From assembly GCA_045535075.1 (NCBI GenBank), contig JAZSKX010000015.1, positions 64,001 to 128,000 on the forward strand: a DNA stretch of 64,000 nucleotides, in the 5' to 3' direction. Numbering within the stretch: the first letter of the stretch is position 1; every line of letters starts with the position of its first letter. Position numbers and translations under genes: made by a program. This stretch comes from Candidatus Spyradenecus sp. (lineage in GTDB: Bacteria > Verrucomicrobiota > Verrucomicrobiia > Opitutales > UBA953). The notes beneath the pieces were generated by a model, which worked only from the letters and a program-made list of their open reading frames with translations, was not told where the DNA came from and did not search any database. Shown in pieces: positions 29,522 through 37,585 of this stretch.

Positions 29522-31285
29522 ATGACGGGAACAAATTTTTTTGAACGACAGGACAATGCGCGCCGGGCGACGCGTTGGCTTGTCGTTTGGTTTGCGCTTG
29601 CAGTGTTGGGGACGGCGGCGGCGGTTTACGCGGCTGTGATGTTTGCGTTGATTCGCGCGGATGTCGTTTCTCAAGCATCGTACTGGAATGCGGAGATTTT
29701 TGCTTATGCGTTCGGCGGGACGCTCCTGCTTGTCGGCGGTGCGAGCTTTTTCAAAAGCCTCGAATACGGGAGCGCGAGCGGAGAACTGATTGCGCGGGAA
29801 CTCGGCGGTGCTGCGGTTAATCCGAATGCGGACGAACCGTCGCGCCGTCAACTCGTGAACGTCGTTCAGGAAATGTCCATCGCCTCGGGCGTTCCGATGC
29901 CGAAGATTTTTATTCTCGAACACGAGCGGAGCATCAATGCGTTTGCGGCGGGAACGCGGATTGAAAATGCGGCGATCGCCGTTTCGCGCGGTGCGCTCGA
30001 TAAACTTTCCCGTGACGAGTTGCAGGCGGTTGTCGGGCATGAGTTCTCTCATATTCTTAACGGCGACATGCGTTTGAACGTCAAGCTCGTCAGTTGGATT
30101 TTCGGCTTGGTTGTTTTATCGCTTGTCGGGCGTATTCTGATGCGAAGTGCCGTGTTTTCGGGAAGTTCGCGTTCCCGAAAAAATGACGGCGCGCAGGTTT
30201 TGGTTTTCTTCGGCTTGGTGATTATGATTATCGGCTTTGTCAGCCAATTTTTTGCAAGCATTATTCAAGCTGCTATTTCGCGCCATCGCGAGCGCTTGGC
30301 GGACGCTTCGGCGACTCAATTTACGCGCAATCCGATCGCACTTGCCAATGCGCTTTCCCGCATCGGCGGCGATTCGAGCCTGCTGAATTCTCCTCATGCG
30401 GGCGAATATTCGCATTTCTTTTTTGCCTCCGGCGTGCATTCGCTTTTTGACACGCATCCGCCGTTGGAAGAGCGTATCCGCGCGCTCAATCCCGCTTGGG
30501 ACGGAAAATTTTTGCGTTCCGCCAATCCGCCGAGCTGGACTGCTGAGGAAACGGAAGCTCTCACGAGAAAATGGGCGCTTGCCGACTTGGCCAAAGATGT
30601 TAAGGGCGCTCGGGCGCTTGTTTTTCTGTTGATGATGACGCATTCCCGCGACGACGATCGCGCGCAGGCGGAGTTGCTTTTAAAGACGGAACGGAAAGAC
30701 GTTTTTGCAATGTTGGAAGCGAATTGGGATGCCGTTTTGGCGCTCCCGCCGGAAAAACGGCTTTCTCTCGTGATTCTTGCCGCGCCGCAATTGCGCGAAT
30801 ATCCGCAGAAAGAACGTAAGGCGATTTGCATGACGCTGAGGCGCTTGGCGGAAATTGACGGCGAAATTGCGCTTTTTGAGTTTTTGATTATTCGCATCGT
30901 CGAAGGTCTTTTGCTTTGGGAAGAACATTCGAGCGTTTCCGAGTCCCAACGTTTTGCCGCCGCCGAAATTGCCTTTTCCGTCGTTATGCGGGAAAATCGC
31001 TTTTCCGCTACCGAGGCTTCGCGGAAAATGCAGGCAATTCTTGATGTGCAGGATTTCTTCCCGAAAAGCCTTCGCCTCGTTCCCGCAACACAACTCTGCG
31101 TTCCCGAGTTGGACAAGGCATTTGATATTTTGCGGGCAACGCCGATTATTTTCCGCGAAAACCTGATTAAGGTTTGCGATGCCGTGGCGCTTGCCGACGG
31201 GAACGTTTCCGCTCAGGAAACCGATTTGATTAACGCGATTGCGCTTGCGCTCGCTTGCCCGATTTATAAACGCATTCGACTCTAA
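29522..31285 (+). CDS. M48 (HtpX-like) zinc metalloprotease with a TerB-like C-terminal region
   Basis: INAFAAG, HEFSH zinc motif, RERLADA, THPPLEERI; ADGNVSAQE-type C-terminal motifs. Confidence 0.85.
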   Translation: MTGTNFFERQDNARRATRWLVVWFALAVLGTAAAVYAAVMFALIRADVVSQASYWNAEIFAYAFGGTLLLVGGASFFKSLEYGSASGELIARELGGAAVNPNADEPSRRQLVNVVQEMSIASGVPMPKIFILEHERSINAFAAGTRIENAAIAVSRGALDKLSRDELQAVVGHEFSHILNGDMRLNVKLVSWIFGLVVLSLVGRILMRSAVFSGSSRSRKNDGAQVLVFFGLVIMIIGFVSQFFASIIQAAISRHRERLADASATQFTRNPIALANALSRIGGDSSLLNSPHAGEYSHFFFASGVHSLFDTHPPLEERIRALNPAWDGKFLRSANPPSWTAEETEALTRKWALADLAKDVKGARALVFLLMMTHSRDDDRAQAELLLKTERKDVFAMLEANWDAVLALPPEKRLSLVILAAPQLREYPQKERKAICMTLRRLAEIDGEIALFEFLIIRIVEGLLLWEEHSSVSESQRFAAAEIAFSVVMRENRFSATEASRKMQAILDVQDFFPKSLRLVPATQLCVPELDKAFDILRATPIIFRENLIKVCDAVALADGNVSAQETDLINAIALALACPIYKRIRL

Positions 31286-31291
31286 TTCTTT

Positions 31292-31975
31292 ATGCTCCCG
31301 GATTTATCGAAAATTCAAACCGTTTTCTTTGATTTGGACGGTACGCTGATTGATAATTTCAGCGCCATTCACAAATGCTATGCCGATATTGCGCGGGAAA
31401 TGGGGCTGATCCCGAAAAGCTACGAGCAGTTGCGCGCCACCGTCGGCGGATCAATTACGCTCACGTTGTCCCGACTCATCGGCGACGACCTCGCCGAAGA
31501 AGGCGTGCGGCGTTTCCGGGCGCATTTTCCCGAAGTAATGTTCGACGACGTTTTCGTTTTGGACGGGGTTGAATGGATTTTGAAAAAGCTACGGGAACGC
31601 GGTATCAAAACCGCCGTTTTTACCAACAAAGAACATTCGGCAACGCTCGCGCTTTTGGAGTATTTGAACTTGTCGGCGCTTGTTGACGGCGTTTTCGGAA
31701 CGAATCTTCCCGACATGCCTTGGCGAAAACCGAACCGCGAGTATTCCGAGTATGTTTTGAAAAAAATGGGCGTTCCTGCAGAAAACGCGATGCTTATCGG
31801 CGATTCGCCGTTCGATGTCGGAGCCGCGCGAATTGTCGGTATGCCCGTTGCTTGCGTAACGACGGGAACACACATGCCGGAAGCGCTTATCGAATGCCTC
31901 GGGACGCAGGAACTTGTTTTCCCGAACATGTTTGCTTTGGGACGGGATTTGTTTAATTTTAGTCCGCAAAATTAA
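31292..31975 (+). CDS. HAD-family phosphatase (phosphoglycolate phosphatase-like)
   Basis: FDLDGTLID, FTNK, KP, IGDSPFD. Confidence 0.88.
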   Translation: MLPDLSKIQTVFFDLDGTLIDNFSAIHKCYADIAREMGLIPKSYEQLRATVGGSITLTLSRLIGDDLAEEGVRRFRAHFPEVMFDDVFVLDGVEWILKKLRERGIKTAVFTNKEHSATLALLEYLNLSALVDGVFGTNLPDMPWRKPNREYSEYVLKKMGVPAENAMLIGDSPFDVGAARIVGMPVACVTTGTHMPEALIECLGTQELVFPNMFALGRDLFNFSPQN

Positions 31976-31991
31976 ACACTATTTGTTTGCT

Positions 31992-33572
31992 ATGAAAAAA
32001 ATATTGCCCCTGTTTTTGAGTTTTGCCGGAATTTTTGCGGGAACGGCTTTGCCGCTTGGCGCCGCCGGGTGGAAGCCTGTTTCCGACCCCGGAAAAATCG
32101 TTCCCGTCGCTGGAGAATATGCGATTTTGATTTCAAAGAAAACGGCACGAAATGCTTCGTGGAAACAGGTTGCCGAGATGCTTAAAAAGCGCTACGCGGG
32201 AACGCTGATTTTCTGGGAAAAAGACATTGCCGAAGTCGAAGCCGAACTGAAAAAAAAGAAGCCGCGCTACATTGCCGTTGTCGCGCAACCCGAAGAACTG
32301 GATCGGGTCGTTGTCGCGAAATTACATCGAATGACGCGTCGCATCGAGCCGGATTTCTACGGCGATGCCATTTTCGGGATTATCACGGCGCGCACGCCTG
32401 CCGCAGCCAAGCGCCTTGCCGAAGAACAGAAAGCGCCGTTGTTAATTGAGCGCGGTGTGAGCACGACGAATTGCGACTTGGAGCGTTTTAAGCATCAGTT
32501 CTTCGTTACGGATTGGGGACGGGACGAGTATATCGAAACCCGGAACGGCGTATCGGGAGAAAAAAAGAAGCTCCCGCGAGGGGAAGAAATCGTTGAGCTT
32601 TTTGCCGAAAAATTCGCGGAAATTAACCCGCAGTATTTGCTTTCGGCGTCGCATGCAACGGAATTCAATCTTGAAATGCCGTTCGGGCGCGGCTTAATCG
32701 CTCCCGCCGGCGGAAAGTTTTATTGTTTCAAAAACGCGGATATGCCGGCGTTCAGGCGCATGCTCGGAAAACCGGAGCAAGTCGCCGATTACGCAAAAAA
32801 ATCCGAACTGACCGTTCTTCGGGCGACCGACGATCCGAAAATTTGGATTGCCGCCGGGAACTGTCTCTTCGGGGATGTTTTGCGCAGCCCGGATTCCGTT
32901 GCCGCGACCCTGCTTTCCGATTACGGCGTTCGCCAACTCGTCGGCTACACCGTGCCGACGTGGTATGGTGTCGGCTGGGATGTCCACGGGAACTTTTTCA
33001 ACGGGCATCAGGATGTTAGCGTCGGGCAGGCGTGGTTCTTTACGAACCAGCGTTCGTTGGAGAAATTGCCGCCGGCATTGCGTTCTGCGGAATATCCGCT
33101 GACGGCCGAAGATATGAACGGCATGGATTTTAATGCGCTCCAGCGCTGCGTCGTTGAAAATAAAATTCCGCTGACGCGCGATGACGTCGGGCGATTCCAC
33201 GACCGCGATGTTATCGCGTTTTACGGCGATCCTCTGTTTCGCGCCGGCTTTGATCAAAACGCGAAAAATTGTCAGCCTTGGGAATATACGCTTCGAGCGC
33301 GTGGGAAGGAGCGGCGTGTCGTTGTCGCGGGAACGCAGGGAAAAACGCGCAAATCCGAGTTCCGTTTTTGGTTCCCGGAACAGCGTGATACGGCCAAGGA
33401 TATTAAGATTTTCCGTAAGAAAATGAAGTCCGCCGCCGGAGGAGAATCGATTTCGAGCGGAGAAGCTCTCGCTCCGGAGATGTTTACTTCGACGAAAAAC
33501 TTCGTGATGCTTTCCGATTCGCTTGAGTTGGCTCCCGACGAGCGTTTGGTCATTACATATCGCGTCCGCTGA
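31992..33572 (+). CDS. Secreted hypothetical protein, possible clan CD (gingipain/C25-like) cysteine protease
   Basis: Signal peptide; LLSASHATE, WIAAGNCLFG and IAFYGDP motifs; the protease call is an inference. Confidence 0.5.
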   Translation: MKKILPLFLSFAGIFAGTALPLGAAGWKPVSDPGKIVPVAGEYAILISKKTARNASWKQVAEMLKKRYAGTLIFWEKDIAEVEAELKKKKPRYIAVVAQPEELDRVVVAKLHRMTRRIEPDFYGDAIFGIITARTPAAAKRLAEEQKAPLLIERGVSTTNCDLERFKHQFFVTDWGRDEYIETRNGVSGEKKKLPRGEEIVELFAEKFAEINPQYLLSASHATEFNLEMPFGRGLIAPAGGKFYCFKNADMPAFRRMLGKPEQVADYAKKSELTVLRATDDPKIWIAAGNCLFGDVLRSPDSVAATLLSDYGVRQLVGYTVPTWYGVGWDVHGNFFNGHQDVSVGQAWFFTNQRSLEKLPPALRSAEYPLTAEDMNGMDFNALQRCVVENKIPLTRDDVGRFHDRDVIAFYGDPLFRAGFDQNAKNCQPWEYTLRARGKERRVVVAGTQGKTRKSEFRFWFPEQRDTAKDIKIFRKKMKSAAGGESISSGEALAPEMFTSTKNFVMLSDSLELAPDERLVITYRVR

Positions 33573-33595
33573 CAACGCTATTGCTCGGGAACGCT

Positions 33596-33636
33596 AAAAA
33601 TGCGCGGGAGGATTGGCTCTTCCGCGCATTTTTTTG
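33596..33636. terminator. Bidirectional intrinsic terminator
   Basis: AAAAATGCGCGGGAG...CTTCCGCGCATTTTTT between convergent genes. Confidence 0.75.
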
Positions 33637-33647
33637 TTTCTCTGAAT

Positions 33648-34541
33648 TTAGACGACGGGATTGACGCTTCGGATAAAAGCGCTCTCGCCCCAAGCGGAGC
33701 GGATGCTTTGCGATATTGACGCTAAATCGCTTTCGGGAGCGATTTCTGCAAAGCACGCGCTCCCGCTCCCGCTCATGTGCGGATTGAGCCCGTGGCGTTC
33801 CCGCAAAATTTCAAAGAGCGCGGGAAGGGCGAGGTGCTTGCGGAAAACGGCTCGCTCCATATTGTTGAAAAACGGGAGCGGTTCGGCTTGCGGGGCGGAA
33901 AGCCACGTCGCGAGGCGGGATTCGGCTTCGTCTTCGGAAATATAATCGTGAGGCGCATTCCGCCTCATGGCGCGGTAGGCTTCGAGCGTGGAAACTCCGA
34001 ATGCCGGCTTGAAGAGCAGAAATCGCCGGCGGCTTAGCGCTTCGATTGCGGGAACCGGTAAAATTTCAACGCGCTCGCCGCGTCCGCGCATGACGACCGG
34101 GCGGTTTGCAAGGAAAAGCGGGACATCGGAGCCGAGCTTTGCGGCAATCGAGTTCAGCGTTTCTGCGTCGAGCGGATTTCGGCAAATTGTATTTAAAATT
34201 TTCAGAGCTGTCGCCGCATCCGAGCTCCCGCCGCCGAGCCCGGCTCCGTGGGGCGTATTTTTTTGAAGCTCCCAGGCAATCGGCGGGCACGCGGGAACGC
34301 GCTCCCGGAAAAGCGTTGTTGCCCGACAAACAAGATTGGTCGAATCTGTCGGGACGCCGGGAGTGTTGCAGGAGAGCGAATCGCTTGTTGCAATCGTCGC
34401 CGTAAGCGTATCGCCGAGCGAAATCGGAGCAACCAGCGAGATAAGCGAATGAAAGCCGTCCGGGCGCGTTCCCGTGATTGCCAAAAACAGATTGATTTTC
34501 GCGGGAGCGAAGTCGGTAAATGTGTTATTTTCGATAATCAA
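33648..34541 (-). CDS. ispE: 4-diphosphocytidyl-2-C-methyl-D-erythritol kinase
   Basis: APAKINLFL, PHGAGLGGGSSDAA, LGSDVP, MSGSGS. Confidence 0.94.
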   Translation of the reverse strand: MIIENNTFTDFAPAKINLFLAITGTRPDGFHSLISLVAPISLGDTLTATIATSDSLSCNTPGVPTDSTNLVCRATTLFRERVPACPPIAWELQKNTPHGAGLGGGSSDAATALKILNTICRNPLDAETLNSIAAKLGSDVPLFLANRPVVMRGRGERVEILPVPAIEALSRRRFLLFKPAFGVSTLEAYRAMRRNAPHDYISEDEAESRLATWLSAPQAEPLPFFNNMERAVFRKHLALPALFEILRERHGLNPHMSGSGSACFAEIAPESDLASISQSIRSAWGESAFIRSVNPVV

Positions 34542-34687
34542 AGCGCATGAAATTACCGCTCAAACACGGGGGCGGGGCAAGTTTTTTCTGTTTTATATTG
34601 CGGGAACTCAAAAAAAGAGAAAAAGACTGTTGACATCCGGAGGGTGGAATCGCTTGAATAGTCGTTCAACAATTTTTTCAGAAAGCC

Positions 34688-34813
34688 ATGAAAGTTTCAT
34701 CTTCACTTAAAAATCTTAAGGTGCGTCATCCGAACTGCCAGGTCGTTCGCCGCAAAGGTCGCATCTACGTTATCAATAAAACCCACCCGCGCTACAAAGC
34801 GCGCCAGGGATAA
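34688..34813 (+). CDS. rpmJ: 50S ribosomal protein L36, type B (no zinc ribbon)
   Basis: Translated by hand (too short for the ORF track): [41 protein letters not shown]. Confidence 0.93.
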   Translation: MKVSSSLKNLKVRHPNCQVVRRKGRIYVINKTHPRYKARQG

Positions 34814-34850
34814 TTCTCGCGTCTTAATCTTAGCTTAGGAAGTTTTTACC

Positions 34851-35102
34851 GTGAAAAAAGATATTCATCCTTCGATCAACAACGTCTGCTTCCGTGACGT
34901 TTCCTCCGGTCGCCAATTCTTGACCAAATCCACGCTTTCCTCCAAGGAAAAGATCACGGTTGACGGCGAAGAATACTATGTTATTCCGCGTGACGTGACG
35001 GCGGATTCCCACCCGGCTTACACCGGCGAAAAACGCTTCGTTGACACGGCGGGTCGCGTCGAAAAATTCCAAAACAAGTTCTCCCGTCGCCGCGCGCGCT
35101 AG
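34851..35102 (+). CDS. rpmE: 50S ribosomal protein L31, type B
   Basis: MKKDIHP...DSHPAYTG..RFVDTAGRVEKF; no CxC/CxxC pairs. Confidence 0.93.
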   Translation: MKKDIHPSINNVCFRDVSSGRQFLTKSTLSSKEKITVDGEEYYVIPRDVTADSHPAYTGEKRFVDTAGRVEKFQNKFSRRRAR

Positions 35103-35122
35103 TTCGGGATTTTCCTTTCCGG

Positions 35123-35157
35123 GCGCATCTCCTTTTCAAGAGGGAGATGCGCTTTTT
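35123..35157 (+). terminator. Intrinsic terminator after rpmE
   Basis: GCGCATCTCC...GGAGATGCGC followed by TTTTT. Confidence 0.75.
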
Positions 35158-35224
35158 GTTTAGTTAATTGCCGTTTGTCTTTTTCGCCCGGAAGGCTTAT
35201 CTTTTCGTAAACAAAGACAATTTT

Positions 35225-36979
35225 ATGGACGAAGTTCAAAACGTTAATCGCGAGAAGAGATTGCGGCGGATTACGCTTTGGCTCAACGGGCTGATGCTCT
35301 TTTGCACGCTGTTTAGCGTCGTTTCGATTGTTGTCGCTTTGGGCTGGCAGTTGGATGAATTTCAACTTGCGGTTTTGCGCAATCTGTCTTTCGCGGGAAC
35401 GGGAATTTTCTTCGCAGAAGAGATTGCCAGGGTATTTTGCCTTCATAAAACGCTAATCAAATACCTGAGAAGCTGTTCGGCGGAATTGCTTTTTACGCTG
35501 GCAATTCCCGTCGCGTTTGTTTTCGGCGGAGAATACTTCTTCAAACCGGATTCCGCGAAAGGATTTATCTGCCTGATTCACTTACTCGTAATTGCGGTTG
35601 CGGGCGTGCGCGCACTTCGTTTTCGCGGGAAAATCGAGGCGGTAAAACGTTTGTCGCCGGGACGTGTTTTTATACTCAGCTTCGCCTTGCTTATTTTGTG
35701 CGGAACGCTGATGTTGCTGACGCCACGCGCGACTGTGTCCGGAATCAGTTTTACGGACGCTCTGTTTTTTGCAACAAGCGCGGTTTGTGTTACGGGGCTC
35801 GTTCCCGTGGCGGATCTTCCCGCAACGCTGACCGAATTCGGGCAGTACATCCTGCTTGTGCTCGCGCAACTGGGCGGCTTGGGCGTGATGTCCATCACCT
35901 ACTTCTTCGCCTATTTCTTCGCCGGAGGGCTTTCGATTCGTAATCGCTTCGCGTTTCAGGATTTATTTAACGAAGACAATCTTACCCAAATCGGACTTGT
36001 CCTCGGCGTGCTTGTCGGGTTTACCTTTTCCGTAGAAGCTCTCGGCGCGATTTGGATTTATTTCGCTTACGCAGCAGAAAATGTGGCCGATCCCGTGTTT
36101 TTTTCCGTGTTTCACGCTGTAATGGCGTTTTGTAATGCGGGATTTTCGACCTTGCCGGAAGGCCTGGCGAGCGGGCTCGTTCCCGATCAAACGGACTTTA
36201 TTTTCGCCGTGATTGCCCTTTCGATCGTCGGAGGAATCGGATTTCCGGTATTCAAAAATTTTTGGTTGGTCGCTCTTAGTTATGTGCGACGCCATTTGTG
36301 GCGGCATCGCGGATTTATTCCTGCAAGGCTCTCAACTCATTCAAAAATTGTTTTGACTACGAGCGGATTCGTGTTGGTCGCGGGAACGGTTTTGCTTTTG
36401 CTTACCGCGATGAATTCCGATCAGGTGGATTTCATGCGGGCCTTTTTCCTCGCCGCGACAACACGAACAGCCGGGTTCGACATCGGAAATACCGCCTTAC
36501 TCCCGACGGGAACGCTCCTCGTCATGATGGTTCTAATGTTCATCGGCGGTGCTCCGTTTTCTACCGCCGGCGGAATTAAGGTAACAACTTTCGCCGTTGC
36601 CGTGTTGTCGATTCGCCAATTCCTTTCGGGAAAACGGGATCTGGAAATTTTCGGACGGCGGTTGAACGGCGATATCGCGCATCAGGCGCTTGCGCTTGTT
36701 TTATTGACCGGATTGTTCTTCGCGTTTGTCGCAATCGCCCTTTGCACTCTGCATCCGGAAATAGACGGAGAATTTTTGATGTTTGAAGCGATTTCTGCGG
36801 TCGCGACGGTCGGAATTTCCTGCAACGTAACCCCTCTGCTCGGGGATGCCGCCAAATGCGTTCTTATCGCGGCGATGTTTATCGGACGTATCGGAATCCT
36901 ACTTTTCCTGGCCTCGTTTATCCAGCGTCGGGAAAACTCCGGAGCACGCCTCCCCGAAGATTCCATTGCACTTTCATAA
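35225..36979 (+). CDS. trkH: TrkH/KtrB potassium uptake membrane protein
   Basis: ATSAVCVTGL, AFCNAGFS, RTAGF, STAGGIK, ATVGIS pore motifs. Confidence 0.88.
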   Translation: MDEVQNVNREKRLRRITLWLNGLMLFCTLFSVVSIVVALGWQLDEFQLAVLRNLSFAGTGIFFAEEIARVFCLHKTLIKYLRSCSAELLFTLAIPVAFVFGGEYFFKPDSAKGFICLIHLLVIAVAGVRALRFRGKIEAVKRLSPGRVFILSFALLILCGTLMLLTPRATVSGISFTDALFFATSAVCVTGLVPVADLPATLTEFGQYILLVLAQLGGLGVMSITYFFAYFFAGGLSIRNRFAFQDLFNEDNLTQIGLVLGVLVGFTFSVEALGAIWIYFAYAAENVADPVFFSVFHAVMAFCNAGFSTLPEGLASGLVPDQTDFIFAVIALSIVGGIGFPVFKNFWLVALSYVRRHLWRHRGFIPARLSTHSKIVLTTSGFVLVAGTVLLLLTAMNSDQVDFMRAFFLAATTRTAGFDIGNTALLPTGTLLVMMVLMFIGGAPFSTAGGIKVTTFAVAVLSIRQFLSGKRDLEIFGRRLNGDIAHQALALVLLTGLFFAFVAIALCTLHPEIDGEFLMFEAISAVATVGISCNVTPLLGDAAKCVLIAAMFIGRIGILLFLASFIQRRENSGARLPEDSIALS

Positions 36980-36989
36980 TTTGTATTTT

Positions 36990-37019
36990 GCGTTCCCGCG
37001 GCGAAAGTCGCGGGAACGC
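36990..37019. terminator. Stem-loop formed by an inverted pair of the GCGGGAAC motif, after trkH
   Basis: GCGTTCCCGCGGC-GAAA-GTCGCGGGAACGC. Confidence 0.6.
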
Positions 37020-37021
37020 CG

Positions 37022-37148
37022 TTGACTTACGCGGCAAACAATCTGAATCAATATACGGAAATTTGCTCGGCGGAGTTGATTCACCAGACGGAAACGCCGT
37101 CGGCTCAGCCTTCAGCTTTCGTATGATGCTGACGGGAACGCGACTGTG
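37022..37148 (+). pseudogene. Rhs/YD-repeat gene relic
   Basis: LTYAANNLNQYTEI... then, after a frameshift, SYDADGNAT; both are typical Rhs core repeat motifs. Confidence 0.6.
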
Positions 37149-37585
37149 GCGTTTTGGTGCGAACCTTTCAAAAATATGAAAAATTTATCGGAAGGGAGAA
37201 TTCTTTCCGCTGTTGTTGACGTATATTCCCAGGAGAAATAGTCGCTTTCTTGTGCGAGACATTGCGTCCGGAAACCTCGTAAAAACCGGTGATTATCCCT
37301 ATGGTTCATATCACAAGGTTTTTATGAATGTTTTGATGCGTTGGTCGTAAAAATTATTGCGGGACGGTCTTTTTTCTGTCCATGGGAATTCTACATCCGA
37401 AGCGAAAAGTGGATTAAGAAGAGACGTTTCTCTGAACTCAACCGAGCGGTCGATCTGTATTGTAGTAATCCTGATATCCGATTTCTTACTCCCATGATTT
37501 GTGCTTTTTTTACCGCTTCTTTGCTAAATTTCAATTTGCGCGGGAACGCGGGAAGGCGTTTAATCAATCCTTAAAATTTTTTGTT

